A DNA stretch of 63,647 bases, filler included, from Sphacelaria rigidula (taxonomy: Eukaryota), in the NCBI GenBank assembly GCA_964200075.2. It is 6 parts of 6 records of this genome, joined end to end, with 100 filler letters (N's around TTAATTAATTAA, not from the genome) between each part and the next. Parts side by side here need not be neighbours in the genome. Positions count along the whole stretch, not along the records: positions 21,253 to 31,778 come from CAXNAA020006335.1; positions 31,879 to 42,402 come from CAXNAA020006337.1; 4 more parts are not named here. One strand, written 5' to 3'. The position numbers were made by a program, and so were the translations under genes. Below the pieces are notes generated by a model. That model was given only the letters and a program-made list of their open reading frames with translations. It did no database searches and was not told the origin of the DNA. Every line of letters begins with the position of its first letter. Position 1 is the first letter of the stretch. Of the stretch, positions 25,174 to 38,901 are shown one piece after another.

Positions 25174-26556
25174 GTAGGAACAAGGACCGATTCTTCTTCA
25201 CTCAAGATTTTCTTGTATCTATGTTGTCTCCCCGTCTGTCATCCTTCGCTCCCAAACGAAGTACACCGTGCTGTTTTTTTAGCGAGAATCCGCTCGTCTA
25301 TGGTGTTTTACAGTGATATTCAGTGGAGGATGACGATATTGTAGACGAGGAAGACTACAGCAGGACGCCAGGGTGCTTGAAGAAACACGATTCGGCGTTG
25401 CTTGTGTTGTGACCAATGGGATTGTAGCCAGGCTAACATTGTTGGGCAGCCAAGTCGGGGTGTCGTTGCAGTCTGGCTTGTGTTTGTGTGACGCTTGCAG
25501 CGGAGTGGATGGCGGCACCCTTTACTACGCCTTCGTATCCCGCTAGCGTTGCCGTTGACGCTTACGACAGCAGAGACGCATATATACGTGGTTGCAGAGC
25601 AACCACTGGTGGTGAGCAGACATCACCGGGAGAGGGCACGACCCATTTGCGTGGCAAAGGCCTAGCGGATCCGACCCCCTTGCTTACGTACAGGTGTTGC
25701 GCCTTGCGCCGAAACACCGATTTCGAATCCTCGACGCGGGGAATAAAAGCGGTGTGCTGACGCATGGGCGCTGAACGGGTTAAATTACCAGCTGGGCCAG
25801 CTGACAACGATTTTTGAATTTATCATGGCGATGCGATTGGTAATTCCAAGAGTTGGGCGCTGGATTTTTCACACGACATTTTTATCATCAAGCCGAGCAA
25901 CATTATTGGGGGTGCAGAGGAAAAAACAAACAGGAAGTCGAAGCGGGTTGAAGTTGAACAAAAACAGGAAAAATGCTATAACTATGTGAAAAATGGATAA
26001 ATACGGCTGCACCTCGAACAATGTTGTGGGCACTCGCGTCCAGGACATGCTGGTGAAGTCTCGTCCGAAAAGACCTCAAATTGGACGCCGCATCGCACTT
26101 TTCGTGTGACACGACCGCGCCCGTTTAATCCAACTGATACAGGAGACTCCAGTTATTAAGGTTGTGAGTTCGACTCTCGACATACATATATATATATATG
26201 TAATATATATTTTCGTTCCGTCGTTGAGGTCACATACAAGGTATTATGCAGTACATTTTTTTTCAGTTTTTTTCATTCAGCGGCTGCGCCGTGTGTCATC
26301 AGGTTGGTCTACAGTTCACAGCGATGTGCTCAAGTCGCGCTAATTTCGGAGACTTCGGAAGTTGTGGTGTGGAAAGCGAATGCGGGATTTACTGCCGCCC
26401 CAGCTCGTATAGGTTTTAAGATACAAATACAAGAAAACACAAGCAACTAAACCGACAAGCAAAGCAACAAGCAAACGAATGAATGAAAAAGCAAAACGAA
26501 TAAATTAGCTCCTTCACTCATGTGTTGTATATATATATATTTTCACCACCATGCAG

Positions 26557-26878
26557 CAAGCGTGGGGCTGCCTCGGAGACGACTGGAATACGACTCAACA
26601 TGAATCAACGGCTTCTTGGAACCTTGAAACCGCAGGCCGCTGAAGAAGCAGCGCGAACCGGCAGCACCCACGGTACCTTCCGAGACTCTGCTGATGCTGG
26701 GAGGAGCTCTTTCCCACCAGAGCCTGGTGATGACGGGTCGTACGGACGAGCGGGGCAGGCGGCGCGAGGAGGCGGTAGCGGTGGTAACGGCGGGGTCGGA
26801 ACGGGTTTTGGGGACTATGGTGGTGCTCGAGCAGGTGGTGGTGGGGGCGGCGGCGGCTATGGGGAATATGGTCGATGA
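26557..26878 (+). CDS. putative terminal exon with Gly-rich tail (…GFGDYGGARAGGGGGGGGYGEYGR*)
   Basis: cag acceptor at 26554-26556, open GC-rich frame to TGA at 26876-26878. Phase matches the 25059 exon only with the AAG acceptor at 26558-26560 or an unseen exon. Confidence 0.5.
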
Positions 26879-29800
26879 CGAAAGACGCGGAAAGAAGAAG
26901 GAGAGTGAACTGAGAGATCGATCGATGGGTGATGGTGGTGATATCAAGATGATGATGCCGTGCGATGAAAGTACAAAAGTAATCCTCCTCCGAGTTCTTT
27001 GTTTTTTCCCACCGTTTCTCCGACCCCCCCCCCCCCCCCCCCCGCCCCTTTTTCCCCGCCCCCACCCCGCTCCCCCGCACACACGTTCACATCTTCTCCG
27101 NNNNNNNNNNTTCTTTTTTTTTTCCCCCCCTTTTTCCGCCCCCCTTCCTTCCCCCTTTCCTGTCTTTTCCCTCCCCCCCCCCCCCGATTAAGAACATGAT
27201 ATTTTCCACTTTTTTGTGGGTCCCTCCCTGTCTTTTCTGTTTGTAACGCCCGTTCCCTCCCCCTGAGGGTGCGTGGAAAAAACACAAGAATGATGAAAAA
27301 AAGAAAATTAACGAGCCCGTTTTTTTACTGCCGCTGATGGTATAAAACAACAGACACCTCTTCTCAAACGCAGCGGATGGGCTGAGGGGTGGGAGGGGGG
27401 GGGGGGGGGGGGGGGCGGGGGGGGGCGGGGGGGGGGGTTGGTGGGGGGAGGAAGGGGGGGGGGGGGGGGGGGGGATGGACGCGTCGTGGTACGCAAGGCG
27501 GGGGATTGTCGCGGAATGAAGAGGGGAGGCAGCGCACTAAGGTCACTTTTTGTTGTATTTTTTCGTGAAGCGTTGCCTCGAAATTTTCATGTCAGGCCAG
27601 GAGCTGCGACGTGCGCACTGTGTTGTTTGTTTCGTCTTGTGTCTATGCAGGTGGTTTGTGCTTACTTTTATTTTACTCGTATTCGTTGTGGTCGTTCTTG
27701 TTTGTGGACCGAAAAAGGTGTAGGCCCCCACCGCTGATTGGTTTTGCTTCGGGTTATGCGTCAAATTTAGGTACCACCAGTTGAAATCGTTCCACCAATT
27801 GTCGGACGCGAAGTCGATTAAAAATGTGAATTCTCGTTCCTGTGCAGCTCGGGCGATGAGTTTGTTGTGGTGAGAGGCGACTTGGAGTCTTTTCGTGCCT
27901 GCGTGGGCAATCTTGTTCGTGAGCGAGTGTGTGTGTATGGGTGTGTGTGTGTGTCCACTTCTGCCGCATCTTGGTTGCGTGCCTGCCGCTTCCGCGCTCA
28001 GTTTAGTTACAGTAGTGCCGGGGCTATGCGATGACGAACCGATAGAGATGCAGTACGGGATACCATACCCGAGGGTCTTCGGTGACAATTATTGTGTCGT
28101 CTCTCGCCTTGCCGCGCTCCCCCACACGAACAGAGACAGCAAGAGAAAATTCAGTGTACGTTTGTGTTCGATTTTTTTATTGAAAGTAATGACTAATAAA
28201 AAGAACAATCGCCGTAGTCTCTCTTGTTGCGTATGACCTGCTGTGATTCCGAAAAAAGACGGAGAGGCCGGTAGGCGGGAATGGACATTTGGTTTGGTGT
28301 GAGAACGAGTTGTCGCTCGTTTTTTTTTTTTATGGAGCTAGAAATGTAAGATACAGCAAGAGAGGGCGAAGTACACACGGGGAGTACTTATGTTGGTTCG
28401 ATTTCGGTTTTGACTTGATAATATATGTTGAGGGTGTTTCGCTGACTTGTCGGCTTGAGTCTTACTATTTCACGCATTTGACGCCTTTTTTTGAGTTGCG
28501 TGCGTTGATTGATCGTCACCATGTGTTTCGTCTTTTTTTTTTTTTTCTTCTCTATTTTTTGCAGTTTGTCTCGATGGTTTCTGCGAGCCCAAGAGTTCGT
28601 CTTGTACAGTCGTAAATCTGTATGTGGCGTGAGCGGTGTGCGTGTGCCCTACCCTGCAGCTGTGCTGGTAGAATCGTCATTTTGTCTTGTTGTGCGTGAG
28701 TATATATTTTGTTTTTTTTACTTCGTGTTGTATCTTTGGTGGCTGTTGTGATCGGATGAATCAATGAATCAGCGCTTTTCGCAAAATAAAAAGATTTGAA
28801 CGAAGCAATGGACGGGTTGGGTTGACTTCGAATCGCTTCCACCACGAAGCGCACACTTGTATATTGTACAAGTATATGTGGGCGGGTACGTACTCCGCGA
28901 GCTAATGGATGTATAAGTGACCGACCACGTGACGACCGTAACCGTGAATGATGAATCAAATCAAGACGCCGTTTCTAATTCCGGAGAAAGTGTCCGATCT
29001 TGCCATTTCCCGCTGTTATACAATTACACTACACCGTAAACGTACAGCAGTGTCGCATGCGTTATGAGAAAAGTCTTCACGAGTACCTTCTTGCCTCGCG
29101 AGCTACACACGCCCAGAAATTTCCTCTGAGGCTCCCAGGGCTGAAAAGGCTCCTACTGATCCTAATTCAAAAAGTGTCCGTCCTGTCCCATCCTATCCGT
29201 CCGGACCTCATTACGAAGCTCCGAACCACGCACCTTCCCCCCCGCGACCTGATTCGAAGCCGAGCTGCGCGAAAAAACCATCACATCGCTCTTCTAACAT
29301 CAATTGAGACGCCCTCAACAAGTTTCAGCCTCTGTCTCTGGGCGCACACATGTACACCTCCATTTTGACCCTTTTTGACCAGAGCGAGTCTTTATTGAAC
29401 TCCTCTGACTTGAATGTCGCAACTTCAACCGAAGCACCTTTGGAGGTTGGAGGCACCACACGCAGCAACCGGCTTCCCGAATCACTTCAAACACTCTCGA
29501 GAAGGCTCAGCTTCATCGCTGCTTTCTCGTCTTCGCTTGTGCGTGCCGACGCTGTCCGTGGCTGAGGTGGAGGGGGTGTTGAAGTTCGTGATCGACGTTC
29601 ACCCCCCGACACCGACCCGATCATTCTGGGGGCGTCTCAAGAACAAGCTATCGGCCATCGGCGGACACGCGATTGACCTGAACAAATCTCGGCTTATACG
29701 TCGACAAACGGCGAGCGTACGGGTTCTCCTAATCGAAGAGTACGAGGGCGGTAAAGACGTTCACTCTTCGCTACCAACCCTAATACGAGCGAACTCAGAT

Positions 29801-29891
29801 CGGATTGTCACGTGAAGTTTTGCCGGGAGAGCGGATAGGTCAGATAACAAGTATGGAGCGACCGGAAAATCGGCAAGAAGGGGAGCCGAGC

Positions 29892-30185
29892 TGTAGTCAA
29901 AACCCGCATGGAGGTCGCACCTATTATGGTCATCGCTGTCTGTGTTGGTCTCTTTTCTGTCTTCCCTGCCTCGCCTCTTCTCAGTCTATACTCTCGCCTC
30001 CTGTCAGACGTGTTGCGTTCCTCTCTTATGTTAAAGGTTCAGGTTTCGTTTTATCTCTCGTTTGTTCCATCTTCGATGTTTGGAGAGCGTTAGGGTAGGT
30101 CATGTGCTGAATCGGCATCAAATTCACTTGAAAAAAGTCTGCGTGATCCAGGTGGACTACCCGCATCGCGGTGTAAGGGTCAACA
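29892..30185 (+). repeat. LTR-like direct repeat, copy 1 (TGT...ACA)
   Basis: Begins tgtagtcaaa, ends gtaagggtcaaca, preceded by purine-rich aagaagggga. Collinear with 30397-30729. Confidence 0.7.
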
Positions 30186-30396
30186 CTTCCTGACCCCTCA
30201 TGTGCTGCCAGCATAGCTTCACACCTTCTGTAGCGTTTTTGTTCAGTACTAGGCAGAGGCATCGGCGGCATGCAGTAAATTGTGTTTCAGTGGAGAGCGA
30301 TGGCACGTGTATACTGTCTCTTGCTGTTGTTCCTAGTGAAGAAATACAGGGCACATACATTCCGACTCTGCACGCAATTGACTCCAGGGTCAAAGC

Positions 30397-30729
30397 TGTA
30401 GTCAAATCCGCAAGGAGTTCACATCTACTGTTGTTATCGCTGTCTGTGTTGGTCTCTCTCCTGTCTTCACTGTCTCGCCTCTTCTAATTCTACTCTCGTC
30501 TCTACTCAGACGTGTTGCGTTCTTCTCTCATGTTATAGGTCCGGACATTAATGACCCAGATAAAGTGCGTCCTACCCTGTTGTCTGATTTCGTTTTACCT
30601 CTCGTTTGTTCCATCTTCGGTGTTTAGAGAACGTTAGGGTAGGTCACGTGCTGAATCGGCATCAAACTCACTTGAAAATAGTCTGCGTGATCCAGGTGGA
30701 CTACCCGCATCGCGGTGTAAGGGCTAACA
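30397..30729 (+). repeat. LTR-like direct repeat, copy 2
   Basis: Begins tgtagtcaaa, ends gtaagggctaaca; ~40-bp internal indel relative to copy 1. Confidence 0.7.
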
Positions 30730-31778
30730 CTGTAGTACATCCATCCTACAGCACATCTGTGACTGACCTTTCTGTATACCTGTACATAAGGTTACAACAG
30801 GAGGGTAGAAGCTGCTGCTCGTGTTGTTGTTGTGCCCTTCTTATTGCAGTATGTTGTTGTGCTTATCTTTCAACGCTACTTTCTCGGCATCGACGCAGAG
30901 GATTGGATTGCGGTTTGATGCGTGCGCTCCCCACACACTAGAACTAGTGAATTTAAAATGCTTTTCATACGCGTGCCGCGGAGGACGCCATACACGTGCC
31001 GCGGAGGATACAGCACTTTACAAACCGCTGCACCAAACAGAGAATGTACTACAAAACGCGTTTCCTGCAACGTTCTGGGGCTTCTCGCATCCGCTGTGGC
31101 GATTTAGCAACTCCGCTTGTCAAACTCACTACGTCTAGAGTGTGTGCGGGGGGCTGTGAACTTCCAGAGGCCGGTTTGTTTCCTGTCTCGAGATAGTAGC
31201 GATAGAAGATTTACAGCTGTCGCATAGTAAACCTAGGTAAGTTGGGATGGAGCGTGTGTTATATTCGGCAGAGGCTCGGCACAGGCCCGACCAGTCTATG
31301 ACGTCTTCAATACGTCTTCAATATCCGTCCGCATTCATTTTTGTTTTGTGGGCAACAGAGTTTTGGTCGATAAGGCCTTCATTGCTGTCAACAGGCTGTG
31401 TGTGTGTTGTCATCCGATTTGTGGTTGAAGCCAATCTACACCCATTGTGCATGGTGTGGGGAATAAATCCCGCGTCTTCGCCGGGGCGAATGGCTACTGC
31501 TGTGTTTTGCTCAATCCTGCCAACCGTGTAAAACGTCCAAACCGGTACTCAACAGTAGTTTCGTAAAACGTTTCTTAGCGGTACCCGCCAGTTTTGTAAG
31601 TTCTGTAAACTCCATCATACCCCTGGTCGACAACTCTGCAAGGTCTGTAAGCCTCCCATAACCCCAACCTGGGTTCAACTTATACTTTTGTGCGTATATC
31701 CGATACAGGCAGAGTACGGGTATATAACAGGGTTGCCAGAAAAATGAGAAGGTATTTTGAAATGAGAATCCATCGCTC

Positions 31779-31878
31779 NNNNNNNNNNNNNNNNNNNNNN
31801 NNNNNNNNNNNNNNNNNNNNNNTTAATTAATTAANNNNNNNNNNNNNNNNNNNNNNNNNNNNNNNNNNNNNNNNNNNN
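31779..31878. other. artificial scaffold-joining linker
   Basis: N44-TTAATTAATTAA-N44. Confidence 0.98.
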
Positions 31879-32079
31879 CATGATCATGAGTACCCCCCCC
31901 CCCTCCCCCCCCCTCTATCCATTTTCCTGCTACTCGAGTTTTCTTTCACATGGCGAGCCTTTCCCCATCCATTTTCACCTCGCGTACGCCTGTGTTGTTG
32001 CCACGATCGGATTAGTGTATTAGCGGGCCCCTTTACCCTGTGGCAACCGTACCCCCCCTTTGCTTCTCATGTTCACTGG

Positions 32080-32325
32080 ACGTTCACCCCCTCCTCTTCC
32101 TCGGGACGACTCGGTTCTCTGTGATCTCAAGGGATCCCCTCATCTCCCTCCCAGTGTACCCCTTCCATTTTGGAACCGCCGATTGGATCAACACTCGTGC
32201 ACCACGTCGATTCTTGTCGGAAACAGTTTCTGTGTTACTCACGTCATCGCGCTTCGCAATGACGGGAAATCAGAAACTTTCCCAGAAAATAACTCGAATG
32301 CATCTGCCGGGAATTGATTTCGCAT
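32080..32325 (-). mobile_element. SINE family A, diverged inverted copy
   Basis: Reverse-complement matches to 33426-33737 (tctcaagggatc, attggatca). Confidence 0.65.
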
Positions 32326-33425
32326 TTTTCCAACCTTGACTGCTTTTTCAATTCTGCCGGAAAAAAAAAACACCACGGCGCAGCGGCCGGGAACAGTCGA
32401 AACCATCCATCCAAGAGTGATCGCCAGTCGACATGGTCGACGTCATGACAACTAACATGACGGTGATTCGAGTGGAAAATACGCCGTAACCTGACCCGAC
32501 TTCACGCTTGCCGTCCGCACTCGCGGCTCTGGAAACATTGGTGGATAATCCAGAAATCGTTTGGGGGTGAAGCACTTTGTTTTAGCGCAGAAATTACAAG
32601 ACAGAGTGACGGCCTTAAACCAGACCCACCTGGGGGTACGGGTACGCCAGCTCACAAACACAAGACGGAGACCAAGCGAGCGGCACGATCTACTCCACCC
32701 AGGAGATTGTTTTCACACCACAACTGCCTGATGGATGTAGCTGGCTTACAGCCGTCGCAGGTTACCAAAATTCGCAAACCCTCCCCCAAACCAGCCCCAA
32801 TACTGTCACGGAGAAAATGGCCATATAGCGCATGATAGCTGGTTTCAGACTCCGTCCAGTGCCTCAAATGGGCAACATTGGCCAAAACGATATCAACCAC
32901 GGGAGCTCCCAGTTGCTCGATGTGCTCAGCTTCTGTCATTCTGATTCAAACGTAACTTCTGCCTTCTGAGACCAGCCAATTTTCTGGGGGGGGGGGGGGG
33001 CGTGGGCTGTCGTAGCACCGCTCCGCACCTGACCCTACTCTACTAGTGGTAGGTAGGAGCCTTGTGCTCCCTCAGGAAGCAGTAGCGCCAGTTGCACTGT
33101 CTGTCTGTTTCGGGGCTTTACGCTATACAAGATTCATGCAGTGTAAGCATTGCCGTATCCTACAGTGAAAACGTGGTACACATGCAACAAAGTTACGCAT
33201 TCGTTTTTCCGCCAGGATTCGCCGAGGAGGAAAGCGTACAGCCACAGGTTGCGGGAACGTATCAGGGTCTTGAGAAGTATCGCATTTAAACACTTGCAGC
33301 AGAGCTAAAGGTGAATTCTACGCAGTGTCGTCCGGGTCTTAGTAGGCTGTTGTTTTATGCCAACACACTTCTGATACTGTGCGGTGCCTTGCCATGCAAT
33401 GTGCGGACTAGTAGGTTGTTGCCGC

Positions 33426-33737
33426 GCCCCGGTGGGGTAATGGTCCGACTGTCGCCATGAGGGTGCAGAGAACGGGGGTTCGATTCCCGATGCGTTGGGT
33501 TTTTTCTTCGTAATGCATGATTTCCACCGTGGAAAGTGTGAGAACGTGAGTGAACAAAGCAGTCGACTGGGTTTGTGTGACGTGAGTTGACGCGGTGCGG
33601 GAGTGTCAGTCATGATCCAATCCGCGAGACAAAAATGCAAGGAGTGTACCGGGGAAGAGATGGGTTGATCCCTTGAGACCACGGACTCATCCCGACGAAG
33701 GGGAGGGGTTCAAAGTGTGAGGAAAAACAAAAACAAA
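33426..33737 (+). mobile_element. tRNA-derived SINE family A, full-length copy
   Basis: A box TGGGGTAATGG (33433-33443), B box GGTTCGATTCC (33477-33487), unique body and A-rich tail. The 3' end recurs at 63564-63647 (minus) and 9955-10016. Confidence 0.85.
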
Positions 33738-34103
33738 TTAGGAGCAAAACAATGTGAAGGGTTAGACTTGATTTTTAGGAAGCAATAGGTGCAAACAAAG
33801 TTATACACACGGCGGACTGCTACATAGTGGTAACACAATGAAACAGCCCAGCGTCACACACGGTCGCGTGCGCGTTGGTGCTGAAGGGTTCCTGTGGGGC
33901 ATCACTCACTCACTTAGACCGGGTGTTGCTCCAGTCCCCGTCACTTTCAGTACCTGACAACAGAATGGGAGACCACCCTCTGCAGTGCCTGCATGCCCCC
34001 GGGGCGTATCCCGCCCCCAGGGCACTAGTGGTACGTAGTTGACATCGATGAATCCGTGTACGTGTGTTGAGCGTTGCCGTACTCTCCACATGAATTGCGC
34101 TCA

Positions 34104-34358
<255 letters not shown>

Positions 34359-35744
34359 TCATGATACGCGAATACCTCACCTATTCTCTCGCACGGCTTT
34401 TAGTAGTGCCATCGGCGAAATTAGTTCGAACGTGGTACGCTGCCCCCGGGTCGAACAAATGAGCTTTACTTCCGCTGGTTATCCTCCACCACCAGCATCA
34501 GATACAGGGGGAACGAGTCAATATACACCGGCATCAATCCGTCCACGTCCTGCCGTCGTGAGAAACAAGGCCCAATTTGAGGGGAATATTTAATCCTATA
34601 AGGGTATGCTGTAAGCCATCTCACCGTCACAAAATATCTAGCAAACGTAAATTACTACATGACGATAACATGTAGAGTAAGATGAAAGCTACTGAGTCGA
34701 CTGCGCAATCTAAGGTGGACGGGGTCGTATTGTGGTCCGTAAGAGAAACACGTATCGGCCAAGCGTAGCACATGCGTTTGATTTTTGATCGAGCATCGGA
34801 TATATGTGGTTGAATGACAATACCTGCCCACAGTATGTGATACCTTCGCCGATTACGAGTGGAGGTGGCAGTATTTCCTGTGGGTTGCTGGGAGGGTTGT
34901 TGTGGGCGGCGAAACAACGCGAGAGCTACACATAGCAACAATGAACAAGTAGCATTATCAGAAGCTGTCGATATATTAGCGGACACTAAGATCGAATGTA
35001 AGGCTTGGGTAAAAAATAACCGAGGGATGATGGTGCGGGGGGGCACCTGGGAAGGGCACGTGGGCGGGTAAGTAACTCTAGAGTTTTGTTGTATCATAGT
35101 TTCAGGGACTAGCGCTTGCTGTACGAACGTTTTCTGCCCCCAACAAAAAGCGAACCATGCGACAAAAAAAACAGCTTCTGCACGAAGTCTTCTTCCCCTC
35201 CTTCGCCGCCATGCGAAAATATGGAGACCCACGCGACATGAGATGAAGTCCGGGAAAATGAGTTCTGGACGTTCAGGATCAATCTAGGCCAAGGTACTCT
35301 ATACATAACATGGTTGAAAGCCATGTGATCACCGAGCGGGGAAAGAATATCCGTGGGTAAAGAAGCAAGTATGCGAAACGTGCGTGGGGGGGTTGAAACA
35401 AAATCCATCAGCACGCTGTTTTGAAACGTTCTTGATGGAAACCCATTATACCAAAACTTGGCGAGGGGACGATGGTTCACGGCAGAGTCCTCCTACTGCT
35501 CCTGGAGAAGAAATATCGTCAACGCTGTTTCGCGGCGTTCAAATTTTGGCCGGATTCTTCAGTATAGGAAGTATTGTACATCAACGGCGACAAATGCACG
35601 GAACAGGAAGGAGGTCCTCTCTGTAGATACTTGGGGTCACTTCGTGGAGGTCTCGAGTGTGATGTCCAGGTCATGCTCTACGAAGCTATACGACGTATCT
35701 TGTTCTCAAGTTCCGTTCATCCATCTATCCCCCACACGTCTGAC

Positions 35745-35863
35745 CTTGACAGCCGAGCACGTGAGGCCGGCGCTTGTTGTTCCGACACCCGTGGTCAGAA
35801 CCGACCGAGGGCTAAGCTTGGCCGCAAAGCGTAGAAATTGACTTTTGCCGCATCCGGGGTCGC
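35745..35863 (-). CDS. MCM9: DNA helicase MCM9 exon (Walker A region)
   Basis: cag|(G)[39 protein letters not shown]|gt; splices in frame to 34194-34307. [15 protein letters not shown] fits MCM9 better than MCM8 or MCM2-7. Confidence 0.93.
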
Positions 35864-36011
35864 CTGATGATTTGGGAACGGCAGTAACAACGACGGCAAA
35901 TGAAAGCAACAAAAAATAAAAATTAAAACATTTCAGAAGAGTGATGGATGGAGGGACTGAATGTATCGCATTGGCTGATCCACTGCAAATAAAGCTACGG
36001 TCACAACAAAC

Positions 36012-36340
36012 ATGTACGTGTATCATTTCACATTTTTCACCACTTTAACCGAGTTTTCTCTGGCGGCAAGGCATTTTTTCCCGCGCTTTCTTTTGCAGCG
36101 CACTGAGAAGGCTCAGCGGTACATCACCGTTCAGGTTTGGGTGTCATCTGATACCTGTGGCGCGTCTTCTGGCCACCGAAAGTCGCTCAGACTAGCCCTT
36201 TGTCGCGCGGTGTCGATCCCGAACCACAAAAGCCTTTTCAAGATCATGGAGAACTTGAAGCAAGAACCCAAACCACAACAAAAGACTGTTGAAGATCATG
36301 GTAATATTCAAACAGGATTACTTTTGGCGGGGTATTTTTT
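36012..36340 (+). repeat. dispersed repeat (second copy 46075-46370)
   Basis: Shared blocks tgtatcatttc, ggcggcaa, cagcggtacatcacc, gatcccgaaccacaaaagcct. Confidence 0.8.
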
Positions 36341-37935
36341 TCCCGTGTTTCTCTTAGTCGCGTTCTCGTTGATTTAGAAGGAAGAAGACATCGGTTATGC
36401 CGCCAATGTCACGAGAATATGAAAGCAAAGCACTTGAAAACAATTGAACATTGCCTTGGCCTTAGTCACCAGCAAACACAAGACCGTACAATGGGCCGTT
36501 GGCGACTTGAACAAGGCCCAGTAGTACAACAGCACAGGAATGTTTTGACGCAAAAACAATCACCCTGTTTCAAAAACCGTCCCGGTGATGTGGAAGCCAC
36601 AGTGATGTACAAAGACCATGCCAATAATGTTACACGTATTCCAATTTTCCGGGAGTGCCTCCCGCGGCCATGTCTTTGTGACACGAGAGCAACTTCGCAC
36701 TCTGACACCTTAGAAAATACCACACACCCGCGGCCATTCGGCTCCTGTTTAAAGATCCCCTATCGTGATTTATCATCCTCTAAGAAAGGGCAAAATGGCC
36801 CTCCAGAGGGTTAAATACCCTCCGATGGTTCCTGATGCCTCTGGAGTGGACAGTAAGCGAAGCCGCCAGAGGGCACATGATTCCCTCGAGCATCTAATTT
36901 TACTGAGGGTGCCTCTGGAGAAATTTGGGGAAGCAATACTCTCCAGGGTGTAAATTTATATCCGGAGTTCGCTCTACATCAAACCTCTGGCCGATACCTG
37001 TGTCCTAACTGCCTTCAGGACAACTTTGGGACCCCAGCAATCTTGTTTAGAATAGACCATCACCCAAGATAAATATCACCCGCCGGCGTTCACAGATCGA
37101 ACCATGCAAACCCTACAACACTTAGTCCCAGTCACCACCACAGCCCTGCAGCAAAGAGCATGGGTCGGGCACAGGGATACAGATACACACTGCCGTGCTT
37201 GCGCATGATGAATTTCTTGTTGGTGGAAACTTACTGAGTATTTTCTTTCATGGTCTGTCGCGGAATCGCGTTGCGACGAGCCACATGGGGTAGGGTGCGG
37301 GCAGTAACCGGCTTTTTGCATACACGCTCATGGACGGTGCAGGCAGTACTAAGCTGCACGTTGTTCAAGTCCTTCTCACATCGCACTGTAAGCAGAGAAC
37401 ATATAAAGTCCTGCGCTGTCTGTACTGTACTTTGCCCGCTTCCCTTTCATACCCCAATGACTGTGCAGTTGTGCGCACGCTGCTGCACGAACGCGCGCGT
37501 ATACTGCAGTAGTTCACGGTATATAACACCCCCATCTCTACAAAAGTTACAAGCATCGACATTATTTGTATAACCATACATAGCGCGTATGCCGCGCTAA
37601 TTCTTGAGTGTATGGCACCGCACGTACAAGCACTATATGGTGCTGTCCTGCGCACGGTATTGTACAGTGCAGTATAACACCACACCGTGCTTATTGTTGT
37701 GATCATACCCCCGCTATCAAAGTACAGACTGAACCGCGTTCATAATTTTTCGCGTCTTCCATAAAAAAAAAGGTTTGGTGTGTTGTTTCAGTAGACACTG
37801 GCCTACAGGGGTTTCAGGACCCATATGTATACATTCACGAGGTATGTACCGACACTTCTGTATCACCACCAGCTAAAGCTGTACCCGGTACAGCTGTGTA
37901 GACATATACTCGCATTCAGTGTATGGGAATTTTAT

Positions 37936-38893
37936 CAGTGTTGCATATCGGACCGAGAATGAAATTCGATATATAAATATATATTTACAATATCGAACCA
38001 CAACCGCCGATATCGATATTTTTGTCGATATTCCAAAAATGACACGATACGCATCGAATATCGATATTCGAGACGATATGGCTGTTTTGGTATGACCCCA
38101 GTGTACAAGACCGAGCGGTACACTGACACTGACACCCTCACTCACTATTGTAGGTCGCTCAAGATACCACATCCCCTAGACAGCTTTTCTACGCTCACTT
38201 GCTCCTCACCAGAGAAGCGATGCCAGGGCTGAACTGGGCGGCGTTGCAACCATGTCGTCGGGAGAGAGCGATCGAGCTTTGAAATTCGCTCCTGGGGTTG
38301 TGGTATCTCAAGCAACTTACGACAGTTTCCAGTGGACAGCAGTGCACACATGATGTACAGCAGCGGGTAGTGTGCAAATTGACATCATAGCAGCGGCGGC
38401 ATGCGGTGATACAGCTGTCTTGTGAATATCTTTCGTCATCGTGCAAGATGTAATATAGTTGATCACAGCGGGCTGAGTGTGGTATTGGCTATACTTATAC
38501 TTCATCTCTACAGTCATCATTCCGTGTGTTTCGATCGAATGAGCGCATACCTCGACTCTGCTCATTCATTAGAAAAGGAAAAGGTGTCAAAACGAACATG
38601 CGCAAACTCAACTGCGAGCTTTTTTTTCAACGTTTTTCACCACCAATAACAGGAAACGTGTTTCAACGTTTTTCACCATCCTCCCTGCAATTACTGTGAC
38701 GACGGTTTCGAGAAATTGAGCTAATGTGACGAAAAATAAAGAAATGTATATCGAGAAAATCGATGTCCGATATTGATTATTCGGTATTGATACATATCAC
38801 ATTTATCGGTTTTCTACGCTCCAATACCGATATGGCATATCGCCGATATTTATCGAAAACATATCGATTATCGATATTCGATGTGCAACACTG
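37936..38893. mobile_element. hAT-like non-autonomous element, ~958 bp
   Basis: TIR CAGTGTTGCATATCG / CGATGTGCAACACTG; ATCGATAT-rich subterminal motifs at both ends; 8-bp flanks aattttat / atttgtat match 6/8. Confidence 0.75.
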
Positions 38894-38901
38894 ATTTGTA
38901 T

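Noticed and set aside
27000..27480. Pro/Gly-rich ORFs and G-quadruplex-like runs
   Set aside because: Homopolymer noise around a 10-N gap (27101-27110), typical of low-quality read ends.
33426..33500. tRNA gene
   Set aside because: A and B boxes are present but the acceptor stem does not close, and the sequence continues into a repeated body with an A-rich tail, so it is a SINE.
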